A DNA stretch of 64,000 bases from Antedon mediterranea (taxonomy: Eukaryota > Animalia > Echinodermata), in contig NC_092675.1 of the NCBI RefSeq assembly GCF_964355755.1, forward strand, positions 9,605,812 to 9,669,811, written 5' to 3'. A program made the translations under genes and the position numbers. Shown piece after piece: positions 29,101 through 44,100 of this stretch. The notes beneath the pieces are model-generated. The model saw only the letters and a list, made by a program, of their open reading frames with translations, was not told the origin of the DNA and searched no databases. Every line of letters starts with the position of its first letter. The first letter of the stretch is position 1.

Positions 29101-32100
29101 TAGGAAAGCATTTAGTAGAATACTATTTAAATTCTCAGATTTTGTCATTTTTTCCATTTTCTTATTTCAGTAGTATTCAATATTCAAATTATGTTTAATA
29201 ATCCTTCCTGAAATTCATTGCTTGTTTAAATAAATAATATAAATGTATGACAATAAAAATTTGAAAATGTACAGAATGAAAAGAAACAGACAACATTAAA
29301 CATGAATAAAAATTCAAAACAATACAAATTATGAGATCCATTATTACCTTTAACATTTTTGTTAAAAAGTTGAAATGTCTTGTGGAAGGATTGAAGGAGA
29401 GAAGATACCGGTTGGTGTGAGAGGTCGGTGTTTGAAAGCGACCGTTGTGGACTAGGTAGTTAAGTTTGTTGTGAAGAGGGTGACCGGTGTCCTTTAAAAT
29501 ATTCTGGAATATTAATGTAGAGAAGTAGTTTTTAATCTACAGTTTTATGTTTGATAACTCAATTCTACTACTTGCTTATCTTAGGTTAACATGCCAGCAG
29601 ACAGCTTTGAATCGCCACTGACATTAGCTGCATGTGGTGGGCATGTAGATCTAGCTGCTCTACTCATAGACAGAGGAGCAAATATAGAAGAAGTTAATGA
29701 TGAAGGCTACACACCTCTAATGGAGGCTGCTAGGGAGGGACATGAAGAAATGGTTGCTTTGTTACTAGCTCAAGGTAAATACTTAAACAGGACCACAGAA
29801 TGATAAGTTTTAAAGTTCACAGGTCAGTAAGTGGTTATCCACTGATGGTCGTTTTCCATTGAAATTTTTGTTGTTGTTGTTTGACCTTTTCCAAAACTCT
29901 CTAAAGATGGTAGGTATACACTGTAATGAAGCAGCACCCTTGGGTAAGCTTAATTTTAAAACTTGGGCAGAGTCACCACAAACCATAGCTATACAATCGG
30001 TACAGGTTCAAGTCACTTCTTGATCATTGTTCTGGTGGTAAAACAAGTCTTCTCAGATAAGGACTTAAAATGGAGGTCCAGTGTACAATTCTGGCTCATG
30101 TGCACTAAATAATCCAGTCCTTTCGGAAGAGTAGGAGGTTATCCCGTCGTACTGGTCTAATCAGCCCCTGTTGTTGTGGACTGACGAACGGGTGCCGTTT
30201 GGTGGCAGCACTCGAAACGAAGGAACCCTTTGGGGAGAAGAAGTTATTGTATGTGTAGTCCACACCTGTGCTCAATTTCAGCCCAGTTAGGCTGCAAGCC
30301 AAATGATATTTCCCTACATTTACTATAGTAAGTTTAAACATAACAATATGACTGACATTGAATCTGAGCCCAGCGCAATTAACTAACTTGATGTATTTGT
30401 TATAATTCTAGGTGCCAATATCAATGCACAAACAGAAGAGACCCAAGAGACTGCGCTAACTCTAGCCTGCTGCGGTGGGTTTCTAGAAGTAGCTAAATTC
30501 CTGATAGAAGTTGGAGCTGATATGGAGCTAGGCTGTTCAACACCACTAATGGAAGCCTCACAGGAGGGTCATGTAGAGCTGGTCAAATACCTACTTTATC
30601 AAGGTTTGTATGGATTTAATTGTGAAGCTGTTTTTGTAATTGATATAGATATTTTATTTTTATTCCCATACAAAAGCTGCGTGTCTTGCCCACAATTTGA
30701 ATTTAGATAAATGTTTATCAAATACACATTTACCTATACAGTTGAACCTCTCGTAAGCGGCCACCCTCGGGTCCGGGAAAAGTGGCCACTTACGGAAGAT
30801 GACCGCTTACGAGAGGGCCAAAATCACGTATTATGGCTATGGGCATCTACATTCTGCAACTAATTGTATTTTATTGTTTATGATCAGGTGGTTTAGTATT
30901 GTTTAAAAGCTTTTATCATATGAAAATGGTTGGTCAAAATCTGTGTAGTTTTCTCATCTCATCTAAAAAACACAGAAGTGTTCTTCATAGAAATGTTTTT
31001 AAAACTGCTTCGAAATAAAGCTAATATATAAAGCACAATAAGTATAACAATTTTATTTTCGGGTGGCCGCTTACGGGAGTTAATTTACCATAAAAAAATC
31101 TAATTTTTAGTATAAAAAAAAAGTGACCGTGGTCGCTTAGGGGAGGTATCCGCTTACGAGAGGTACCAAATACACTAATTAGATAGAAAGAACAAACAGG
31201 CTTTTAAGTGCAGCCGTTAAGGGAGGTGGCCGCTTAAGAGTGGTGGCCGCTCACGAAGGTTCAACTGTACTTCCAATATGCCCTATTAAACTTGTGTATT
31301 ATTGTACTTTGTCTATCTAATTGACAAAATATAGCCTTAAATTGATACTAGATAAGTGATTGTTTTATGTATAACTTTCTTACACCATTTATAATAGCGT
31401 TTGGAGTCAATTCAGTCGGGAGAACACTTTGTAACAGATTGTAATTCTATTCTATTTTATTATATTCAGGAGCTAATGTACATGCCACTACTGCCACTGG
31501 GGACACTGCATTAACATATGCCTGTGAAAATGGTCACACTGATGTGGCAGATGTATTGTTAGCGTTTGGAGCTAACTTGGTAAGAATGTTGTATTAACTA
31601 ATTTTACCATTTAAAAAACATTCTTTTTTCTTTTTGAATATTCTAAATTCTCAATAATTATGAAAACATAAAGAATAAAATAGTAAAATTTGAGAAGCTA
31701 CATCATATAATTTAAAATTAATACAGTTTTATCTCAGTATTTCAACTTATCATCAATACACCCACTCCACCCAGGTGTACAAATGGGTACCTGGTAAGGT
31801 CAAGACACAACTTTGTGCAAATTACTACCTGCAATATGGGAGTATGTTTTTATATGTGTTTGATAACAAAATGACTTGGGTAGTAATATGTACACTGCTT
31901 AGAGTTTTCACAACATTAGGTGCTTTGTAAATCAAGGATATTATTATTAATACAATAATTAGTATTTTATAGTTACCTCGAAAATACTAATAAGAACATA
32001 CATTTGATAATTTTCAAATTAGGAACACGAGTCCGAGGGTGGTAGAACACCATTGATGAAGGCTTCCAGAGCTGGACACCTGTGCACTGTACAATTCCTA

Positions 32101-35100
32101 ATAAGCCGAGGTAAGCATTATGATAACATAATAAAAAGTGCATAACACTTCAAAATAGAATTAAGTAACATTACTTAAACGTCAACTAATAAAATGTGTA
32201 GTTTAATTATGATCTTGTTTACTAGTAAATTTAAAGATCAGATATAGACATGAATTTTAAATATAATATCTAGTTAAATATACATAAAACAAATGTAACA
32301 GAAATGAAAACGAAAAATCATGAATTTCCCTTAAAATGGCAAAATACAAAATTGTGCTATAAAAGCCAGACTTTTTTCAGTAGTTAGGTAGTTTAACCAA
32401 TGTAATGCCATATCTGATTTCCTAGAAAGTAAAAAAAATGTGGTCGGTATGCAGCATGAGGTTCAAATTCTAAATAAAACTGGAAATACAAGTTGTAGAC
32501 AATGTTTAATTGATTATTTAAAGCTATATTAAAAAAAACATTTGCCTTTTCCAGGAGCAAATGTGAATCGAGCAACAACCAACAATGACCACACTGTGCT
32601 GTCTCTTGCCTGTGCAGGAGGACATCTATCTGTTGTAGAATTGCTCTTGGCTCATGGAGCTAATCCAACTCATAAATTAAAGGTAAAATATATATATATA
32701 CAACCACTTCGTCTCTGGATATAGCATAGTCCTATATTTTAACCATGCCCCTCTGATTTTATTGTATGCTATGCAACTTGGAATGCAACCCATATTGCGG
32801 TTCAATGCCGTCCCCAGATTTCTATTGCGGTACTGCCAAGCCTATAAAGTAAATTTTAATTAGCGGTGCATCTTTAATTCTGGGTAATCGTAGTTAATAT
32901 ATTACTTTATTGAAATAAACTTGATTAAACACATTTTGATTCTGATAACCATTTGGTTTGCATTTCTCAACAGGATGGCTCAACTAGTCTAATTGAAGCT
33001 GCCAAGGGAGGCCATTCCCAGGTAGTAGATCTGTTACTGGAGTATCCAGCCAATATGGTCCAAGCTAGCCTACCAATGGATGGTAGTATCACACCCCCAA
33101 TTGAACAGCAGGGAGAGATCCCTAGGGTACCAACACAATCACTTCCAATGGTAGTACCCCCACAAGAACCAGACAAACATCCACAAGAAGGATCTCCAAT
33201 GGTGGGACCCCCTGTGGTAATCCCAGGTAAGAAATTAAACATTGATTTGCCGTTCTAATTAATGAATTACTTAACTGTTGAGAACTTTCAATAAAGTTTA
33301 AGTAAAGAATGTGTAGACAAGTTTTTACCTATAAATCACCTATAATTGTTGCACTGCAAAAATCATGTAATGTTTATTGTCTCTAAATGATAATTCAAAT
33401 TTATTTAATAAGTGATTCAGAGATGGTAAAACTTAATTATGCCTATATCAGATTAACAACTTTATTATGAACATTGATTTTGATAGGTGCTTTATCAGGA
33501 ATAGCTGGCCAATCTTACCAAGATCTGCCAAATGCAATATACGACCCGTCCAACCAAAGTGATGCCAATCCAGAATCATACGTCAAATTCTTTAACAACG
33601 TTCCATGCTCATTCGAAAATGTTGCTAAATGGCCATCAGAATTCACTACCACCTCAAGCTCACCGTCACCTAAAAGACAAAAAACAGCAGAGGAACAAAT
33701 TCTAGAGAAACAGCAGATAATAGCAGAGCTGCAGAAGGTAGAGCGGGAACTTCAAGAGCGTATGGAAGCTCAGAAAGCTCTTTCGCAACTGACTGCTTCA
33801 AAAGTTGCTGCTCAGTTCCGAGAGGTTGTACAGAGTCGACAGTTTGCAGCACACAATGCTGCGAATTTGATCCGGGAAGAGATTGATGAAATGGCAGAAG
33901 CAGCAGCTGAAGCAAATAATAACAAATCAAGAAAAGGTCCATTTGATGGTGAAGAAGATGATAGTGGACTTGGTGATTCAGAAATCCAACTGATGCGAGC
34001 TTCAGAAAATGTCTATCATGAACAGAGTGATGGTGGTGCGGAAGGATCTGGTGAAGCAGTTGCCATACAGGGTGTGATCAATGCCAAGTATACAGAACAA
34101 GATGAGGAACCAGAACCATTTATCCTAACAGATGAAGAAAGTATTCAGTCAGATAAACTGATAGCAACCCACTTAGCTCAGGCTGTTTTTGCACCAACAC
34201 TTCCTCTTCCTGATGTACAGACTCTGTTGGCCAGAACAGGTCAAGTCAATGAGGTTGAACAAGGACTCATTGGGGAAGGTACTCAGACTCCTTGGGATGA
34301 TGTCATGACAGAAACCAGTGATAAAGAACAACTGCTGGCTGCCGTTGTGGATACCTTACAAGATGCAGTCAATGCTGTATCAGGTATTCTTCTTATAATA
34401 TTCTTGTGACCTAATTCTGATCCAACTAACCAAAAATAACATTTAATCTGTTATAAAATCTTTTTTGATTAAAAATATATTGAACAAATGTTTTTTTAGA
34501 TGCTGAATGTCAAGAAGATATTAAGAAACCAATACCAGTAACCCATTCAGTAGGTACCCAGTGTGGCTATCCTGCCATAACCACTGATTTAGTACAGCAA
34601 ATCACACCACCAACTCCTCAGTCAAAGGCCATTTCCGGGCCAGCATCCCCAGCCGATTTTGATATCGTACCACCTCCTGAACTGCACGCCCCTGTAGAGA
34701 TTGACGCACGTACAGAGAGTAATCACGATACAGCACTGACCATAGCATGTGCTAGTGGACATGATGAAGTTATAAAACTGCTTCTGGAGAAAGGGTCAAA
34801 CTTGGAACACAGGGATAAAAAAGGTATGTTTTTTAATTAATTTTACTTTAATAAAAGAAGCAACAGGGTTAATTAATTGAATTAATTGAAACGAAATTAA
34901 TTAATTGAAACGTGTTATTCCGTTAAAAAAATAAGGCCAAAATAATTACTAATAACTTTAGCTCATGGTCTATTTAGCATAAAGTACATTATTCTATTTA
35001 TTATCTAATAGGATTTACACCATTAATTCTCGGAGCTACTGCCGGCCACACCAGGTCTGTTGAGCTTCTCCTTCACCATGGTGCTGAGATTGAAGCGCAA

Positions 35101-38100
35101 TCTGAAAGGACCAAAGACACGCCTCTTTCATTGGCATGCTCTGGTGGAAGATATGAGGTAAGACTATATTGGTAACTAATACCCTTTTCACATCTTCATA
35201 AATTTTTAATCGGGTTTGATCTCCCAATATAATACATGGCCTCATACATGCATACGTGAACGCGAGTCTTGGGAGAAAGCCTAGTTGCATCTGCATAAAT
35301 TGTTAATCGGGTTTGATCTCCCAATATAATACATGGCCTCATACATGCATATGTGAACGCGAGTCTTGGGAGAAAGCCTAGTTGCATGTTATTTGATTAC
35401 TATGATTGGTCAGTTTAATACCAAGGAAATACATGTGTGCAAATTAACAACTTGGGTCATCTCACAATAAAAAAAAATAGCCCTCTCATTGGTGTGTTTT
35501 TTTTGTTTTCAAGATTTTTTTGGAGAATTTTCTAAAAATTACCTTCACACTATGCAAACCTGGTTTCAATTGTTACAAGTTATTACTTTTTGCAGGTGTG
35601 AAATGGGTATAATCTATTTGAACTTTTACACATCTATGTGCTGTACAGAAAAAGTGGTCAGGAAGTGATCCTTAAAGATTTGACATTATACCACAATCAC
35701 CTTCATCTTATTTTCTCTCTCCTAGGTTGTTGATCTGTTGTTATCCCGTGGTGCTAACAAAGAGCACCGCAATGTGTCTGACTATACACCACTTAGTCTG
35801 GCTGCGTCTGGTGGATATGTCAAAATAATTAAACTCCTATTACGACATGGGGCAGAGATTAATTCAAGGTTTGTAGTTCATGGTTTTGCAGTTGGTAACA
35901 AATTAATTTGTTTACAATAGTTTAATATTATGCAAGTATTTTTAGTCTTTCATTTTATACTGTAACGTACATAATTTGTTTCATTGATGGTACAATGCCA
36001 GTTACTCCTTCGCTATCTTATCATGCATTTACTAAATAACTGAATCATACATTCAGTATTCTCTATCACTTTGAATATAAATTTTCATTTAATTTGCATA
36101 ATCATTTGCATACTGTAGCTACACCAATTGTAAGGCATTGTTGACTTTTATTTCAGAACTGGAAGTAAACTGGGAATATCTCCATTGATGCTAGCTGCTA
36201 TGAATGGCCACACAGCAGCTGTAGAACTGTTGCTGGACATGGGAAGCGATATCAACGCCCAAATCGAAACTAACCGCAATACAGCACTGACACTAGCCTG
36301 TTTCCAAGGCCGGACAGAAGTTGTAAGCCTTCTAGTAGATCGTAAGGCAAATGTTGAACACAGGGCAAAGGCAAGTGAAACAAATATAATTCAGGCAGAT
36401 TATTTATATTAATTGTTTAAATGGATGATTAAGTATGATGTTTTAAAGTATTGTACTGTACAGTATAATTATTATTTTTGACTACTAAAACCATTGTACT
36501 TTATTTTAACAGACTGGCCTAACACCGCTTATGGAAGCTGCATCTGGTGGTTATGCTGATGTAGGCAGAGTTCTTATTGAAAAAGGTGCCGATGTGAATG
36601 CTGCACCAGTTCCATCGTCAAGAGATACAGCATTAACCATTGCTGCGGATAAAGGGCATTACCGATTTGTGGAACTATTACTCCAATATGGTGCCCTAGT
36701 AGACGCGAAAAATAAGAAAGGGAATTCTCCACTATGGCTCTCCTGCAATGGTAATTCTTGTTTGTTTGTTTTATTATAGATAATGATAATTAATACTACT
36801 GGAAGCAAAATAAGTTAAATTCTTTGATAAAAGATGCATTATTACGATTGGTTCCCACTAGGATTGGTTCCCACTGGGACACAACAGAAGGATGTAAGCT
36901 CAACACAAGTTGACCAGCGATGGTTGGGATAATCCATCGTTTGCGATTTGTCAAATTACTTTTCTTTCGTCCTTGCACTGTAAATTTTTTTTTTCTCAAT
37001 TTAGGTGGTCATTTGGAAGTTGTACAACTGTTGGTTAATGCCAAAGCTGACATTGATAGCCAAGATAATCGCAAAGTTTCCTGCCTTATGGCAGCCTTCC
37101 GCAAGGTTTGAAACATTTGTTAATAATGAATAATTTGAGTATTGATGTATATTGATTTTAATTTTATAATATTGGTAATAGTTTCTTGATGATGAAAAAG
37201 AACTGGTACTGTAACATGTAACAAAATTGTTAGAAGATAACTGAAGTTACAATTGATAATTTGTTTATTTCTTATTTCATCAATGTAGAGTATAACATGT
37301 GTCATTTTGTGTAAACCTTGTTTTTCTCTCATTGTGATTTTTTTAGGGTCATGTGAAGGTTGTAAAATGGATGGTTAAACATGTCAACCAATTTCCATCA
37401 GATACAGAATGTATGAGGTTTATTGCTACCATTTCAGATAAGGTAAGCATATCAGTTTATCAGCCACATACCTGAAACAAAGATTGTTTTATTTAGTTAG
37501 GATTCAGTTTTTACCAAAGTGCAAGTGAACTTTTAATTCATTATTTTGGTGAAATATCCGACATGAAATATCGTGAGTGGCGTTGCGGCTTGGTGGGAGT
37601 GGAGTTGTGGCTTGGTGGGAGTGGAGTTGTGGCTCGGTGGGAGTGGAGTTGTGGCTTGGTGGGAGTGAAGTTGTGACTTGGTGGAAGTGGAGTTGTGGCT
37701 TGGTGGGAGTGGAGTTGTGGCTTGGTGGGAGTGGAGTTGTGGCTTGGTGGGAGTTGAGTTATAGCTTGGTGAGAGTGGAGTTGTGACTTGGTGGGAGTGG
37801 AGTTGTGACTTGGTGGGAGTGGAGTTGTGACTTGGTGGGAGTGGAGTTGTGACTTGTGGTGGGATTGGAGTTGTGGCTTGGTGGGAGTGGAGTTGTGGCT
37901 TGGTGGGAGTGGAGTTATGGCTTGGTGGAAGTGGAGTTGTGGCTTGGTTATGATGCTTAGCTATCAATCCAAGGGTTTAAGTCCTGTCATTTGTTTGTCT
38001 TGTGAACATGATTGCCACCTTTAAGCAGGATAGTGAATGAATTCGCTTATGGTTATCCTGGGCAATTTGCCTAAATATATAAAAACGATAGAAAACAACA

Positions 38101-41100
38101 ATAAGCCACATATCTGAAACAAATATACATATTTCCCATTTTTTTCTTTTCCTGAAGCTGTTTTAAATCCATTTTTATTTCTTTTCCTTCTAGGAACTAC
38201 TAAAGAAATGTCATCAGTGTATGGAGATAATTGTCACGGCCAAAGATAGACAAGCCGCTGAAGCAAATAGAAATGCAAATATACTACTAGAAGAACTAGA
38301 ATCGGAGAAGGTAAAATCATTGTCATTGTTTAATCATCAGTCATTCCTAATAAGAAAATACAATTTGTATAAAAAAAATGATGACATTTCCTAAAACATG
38401 ATTTTTACTGGAATTTCATTGAAATAATAATAAAATTAAATATGAAATCATTGTTTTGTAGTCAAGGGAAGAAAATAGAAAAGCTGCTGCTGCTAAACGA
38501 AAGGAAAAGAAAAAATTAAAGAAGAGAGAAAAGAAAGCTGTGAAACCAGCCAATGACCAATCACAGGAGCCTGAAGAGGAAGATGATGAGGAAGATGAAA
38601 AGACTCCAGCTCAGAGTATGTATACATTCCTTTTGAGCTGTAAAAGAAGAAATGATGACTGAAGAAACTAAGGGGACGACAACATTTAGGCGTCAATTCG
38701 CAACTATAGAACTAATTAAGATTTAAAGATTGAGGATGTCTAACACCAATTAGACTGCCTTTCTTTGTGCAGTGTGTATAGATTCAAAGAGATTAACAAC
38801 ACATTTAGATGTCAATTGATAATCATTGATTATGAAACCAAGGCAATCTAACAACAGGATGCGGAGAGTATCTTCATAGTACAGTACTTTAGGTATTTGT
38901 CGCCGCCAGACATAAGATCAAAGAACTGTTACGAGTTCCTATCTTAACAAGGCGAGCTCAGTTTCCTGTTGTTAGACTGCCTTGATGCAACTCTGTCTAA
39001 ACAGTAAAATCTGAAGTGGAATTTAAACAAAATGCATTTCTTGATGTCATTAATAAATCAAATCAAAATTATAATTTGGTTTAATAGAACACAATCAAAT
39101 TATGTACATAATTGTGAATATTATTCAAAAGTGCGGACAAAACATTACTGAATATCAATTAATTTTGAATACAATGTTCTAATTTACTTCTAATCTTTTT
39201 TTTTTCTTATTAAATTGTTTAGTTGAAGAAACAGTACCGATAGAACCTCCAAGTGCCACAACCACAACAACAATTGGCAAAGTCCGAACTACGGACACTG
39301 TAGCACCTCAGTCAAGCAACCGAAAAGAGAAAGCGATCACCAAAACATCCACTGCCACTAGAGTAACAACAACCGTGGCGGTCGTAGCAAGCACCAAAGA
39401 GAGTGAGAAAAATGAGAAGAATAAAGTAAAAAGTTCTAAGAAAGATCTACTTTATAAAACATCAGGAGAAAATACTAAGAATGATCGAGGGAGGAGAAAA
39501 AGGCCATCGAAAGACACAAAAGCAAATAGTAATAGACATATTGAAAAGCCAATGTAAGTATTTAAATTAGATTAAAATCTTGGGTTTTGGTAACCTGGTT
39601 TCACATTTCATGATTACAATTAGAATGCACAATGGCATAATACAGAGCATAACAATGAGGACCAACATAGAAGTAAACTTATCTCAGTTGGCCCTTTAAC
39701 ATGGTTACAAAAAATAATAAGAACAAGTGGGAATAATGAAGCATCAGTGTAATAAGAATGAAAGGTTTAAAGATGTATTGTCCCTTGAAACACAAAAAAT
39801 GAAGGTCAAAATATTCTAAATTTAAATTGGCCATATCAATGTAATATTAAAGTTATTCGGTTATACTTTAAGTCGAAAATTCGAGCCAAAAACAACAAGT
39901 TTACATAATTAACAGGTAAATTAATTTGATTACATTTCGTCTGGAAAATCGTCACGAGCGGAAGTAAATAAAGATTTCAAACCACGAGTATGCATTATGC
40001 ATGATGCTAATTAGGATTGTTTACAACTCGTCACGGTTGAGAAGGTGTTTTCATACAGTTTTAGGATTATGCATACAGAGTAGCCAAACAAGCATGTTGC
40101 ATTATGAGATATGTTTTGATCGAAAACTTTGACTGGAAGTCGCAGTTATTTTTTGAACAAAAAAACGTCTGTATTTCAGTTAAATGATATATTTTTTACT
40201 ATTGTGATACTTCAAAATGACCCACTTTTTTTCAAAATCTTTTTTTTTTTTAATTAGTCAAAGGGACAATACATCTTTAAAGATTTTTATTTCAATCAAT
40301 TTTATAACAGTATGTGAAGCGCTGCAGATTAAGAGCTTTTCATAGAAAATGGGCGCAAAATAAGTGTTAATGTTTATGATTTACAGGGTATCTGAGGATT
40401 ACAATGGTTTGACACCAATCTCGCTAACCAAGAATGCACGCATGGGAGATAACAACTTAGTGGCATCAGTAGGCAGTAAAACAGCGCCATCATTAATTGT
40501 GAGCCCTAAGCGCGGTCAACGACGAGACGATGGATGGATGGAAGTTGTACGAAGGTTAGTATACATTTTGATTGTGAAAAACAACACTTAAAGTAACTGA
40601 TAATGATTTATATTCAGGAATTCTTTTTAAACATATATAATCTTAATTGATTGAATGCATGCCCTACTCTGAGAATGCCTGTGGGTGTAACTCGAACCAA
40701 TGAACTCCAGATCACTAGCCTAGCATTCAGACCTCTAGACCACTTAGCTTGCGCTGATGACTAGGGTTAGATTCAAGCCCAAGAAACAGCAGGAACTGTA
40801 CTAACAGGATTGTAATTTAATAACTACTTCAAAGTACTTATTAAATTATATATAATCTTGTTTTTATAATCAATAAAGTTATTGATGTAAGCTATAACAT
40901 ATGTATGTTCTTGTTTGGAAGAAAATAAATATTGATTTGATTTGTTTCAGGTCTAAAAAAGTAGCTGTACCTGGTAGTGCTATAAGTCGAGTGATTGGCA
41001 GAGGTGGTTGTAACATCAATGCCATTCGTGAAGTAACTGGTGCACATATTGATGTAGATAAACAGAATAAAGGAGGAGAACGTACTATTAATATCAAGTA

Positions 41101-44100
41101 AGTTCTATAATGATCACTCTGCTAGCTAATTATGATGACAAATGCTACCATGCCATTTGAAACATTAATTACATTTTTTAAACGTAATAATACTATGAAG
41201 GAGAATATGTTGAGTGTTTTATTTTGGTTTAAATTTTTCTTCCTTTTTTTTGTTATTTAATGTTATTGTTCATTGAGTATAATCGCGCCCATTTAGGATG
41301 AATTTATTTGTACACAAGAGTTTAAAAAATTGTACAATCTGAGTGTAATCCCACCTACTATACTTTTCTTCAGATTTCATACACAGGCCATTGATAATTA
41401 GTTAAAACATAAACAAGTTTTTCATTTTGTCCACAGGGGCTCTGCTGATTCTACACGCCATGCTCATCAGTTAATCAATGCACTTATAAAAGATCCCAAC
41501 AAAGAGTTAGATGAGATCATACCAAAATTTAAAAAGGCTCATTTATCCCACAATTCCTCGGTGGTCACTGCTACTGTCACATCCTCTACAGCTCGCATCA
41601 ACTCTGCTACATATTCCTCCACCACTCAACGTGTATCAACCATCATATCTTCAAGCTCACAGTCCATGTCAAAGAACACCAGTGCAAAGATCTCTGCATC
41701 AAATGGAAAGTTGACGAATTCTATTTCGTCTGTTACACCGAGCTACCACATACACCAATCAGCAAGTCAGACCCGAACTCAGCCGCACGGCGTTGACTTG
41801 TCCCATTTGTCAGGAATAAGGCCGAAGATGCATTCCCAAAATCCGTTTCCTGTTGGTTATCCACCTGGTCCATCTGTGCTTCAGAGACATCCAACTGCTA
41901 CAATGGTTAGGCCCCCTGCACCTGGAATGACACCAGCTTTTCCTACAGTGCGACACAGCCCTGTAATTCGCCAGCTTTTTCCATCAGAGCCAAAGCAAAT
42001 TCCTATGCCTCCTGATAATTCAAGCGTTGGTATGCATATAAGACATCCAGCTATACAAACATCTGGAATACAACCACATAGAATGCCATCACCAGGTATG
42101 CAGACACCTGTCAACTTTCCCAACAGAATGCCAGTAGATGTAGCTGTTAGAAATCCTCATGCTATCAGTGGTCACACTCCACCAGTACAGCATCACATTG
42201 GTAACCATTCAATGATACAGCCAGCCGTTGGAACTCCTAATTCACACTTCAGTGAACAGGTTATAAGTCGCCCTACTTCCGTTGGTGTTCAAAGTACAAT
42301 GACTCCCTCTTCTGTGACGGTGACAACAACTACTACACGAACATACAACCTGTTTTCTGATGCATCTTCAATGGCTTCTACGGATATGTTCAGGGTTGGA
42401 CCTATTGGTCAGCCACCCCAAGCTAAGCCAGTTGGACCCATTTCACTTCCTGAAACACACATTGCAGATGTTGTAGAAAAGTCAAAAGCTCCAGGTTTCA
42501 ATCGAAGCGGTCCTATATCGTCCAATCTCCGTAATGTTACTATACCGGCTTCAATTTTAAGTAATACTATCTCTAAATCAAATGTCGGCATGGCAGCATC
42601 TGCTTTTCGACCACAGCAAAACAGCTTTCCTGTTGCTCCTGCACAAACATCTCAACCATTTCCACCATCCTATTCAGGTCCATCCCAGACCAGTCCTTGT
42701 AGTCCAAGAGATCTTCAAGAACGATCGCAGTTGAATGTAAATGCGCAGCCATTTGTACCGGTAAAGATAACACCATCCATGCAGTCTCCAACACACAGCA
42801 GTGCATCACAGGATGGCTCACCAGGGGCTTCTCCCAGATCAAGCACGGAATCGTCCAGTCCTGTTCTATCAAATGACACAAGTGGTTTATCAGATAGGAA
42901 ACTCAGGCCAATTGGTACTGAACGAAGCCGTCAACAACAACGACGAACACCAACTGGCTTTCCAACTCTGCCGTCGGGTACTGAACTTGGCAACCAACCT
43001 TGTCAGGCAACTGGCATCAGTATCTGGTCATATAAACCTGGTTAGTAAATTACTATAATATGTGAATATAAAAGGCAATCAAGTCTAGAGTGTATTATTC
43101 CAATCATGGTGTGCTAACTAACACAAAACTAAACCTTTACACCTTTACTGCACCAATTGATTGTAGGTTGTCAAATTATCAACATTCACTAATTACATTG
43201 CTTATGTATCATTTACATACAGGTGATGGAGGTAACAGCTGGCTTCATACATCTCCACAATCTGTTGAGGAGAGTCTTCTGGAAAACCACAAGCTGCATA
43301 CCTCTGGTGTGATTGGTAGACGTACTAATGTAGAGGGAGATTTCCACATGAATGCCGCTATGATGGTCAGTCTGATATGATTTTAAAAAAAAGGGATTTT
43401 ACTGTATTCGAATAAACATCCCCCACTTTGAATAAACACCCCTCTCGAGTAAACACCCGCCATAGAACATCATTCAGAATAAACGCCCTGGCGAGTTTAT
43501 TTCCTTGAAAAAAACGCCTCGCCACGGGCATACACACACTAATTGTATTACAACACATTTCTGTTTGTAGTAAAATTTAACAATTGAAATGATCTACAAT
43601 TTACCATTTTGATACAATTTTTACTGTATTATTTTATCACTTCTTGATATATAATTGTGTTGTATTTTTTCATATCTAGAGGGTATTTATTTGATTATGA
43701 ATGTTACCACATACACCCAAAGAAAAAAAATAAACACCTTTTGCTCTAGTTTGGTAATCCATTAAAAGTAAAATGTTACTTTTGTATCATTGTAGACATC
43801 TAATTCTATATTTGGAGGTTGGAGCAGTGGTACTGGTGATGCTTCAGAGAAAAATGTGAGTTATTTGGCAATAAAATGACATTATTTTAAGTGCAGCTAA
43901 TTCTATAATAAACGTATATACAAAAATTATGTATTAAGTTTTTTAATCATTTCTTTTTTAACCAATTTGGTTGAATTTATTTTTATTAGGCCAAAAGTAT
44001 ATATATTTGTTAAATGTCACAAATTCTAAAAAATTTCAATTTCATCATCGCAATCGTATAGGTTGACACTCAACAAGTATATTTATTTGGCTGTTTAGTA

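Noticed and set aside
37533-38024. Pro/His/Thr-rich 144-aa ORF and Trp/Gly-rich ORFs
   Set aside because: Translations of the 22-bp intronic minisatellite.
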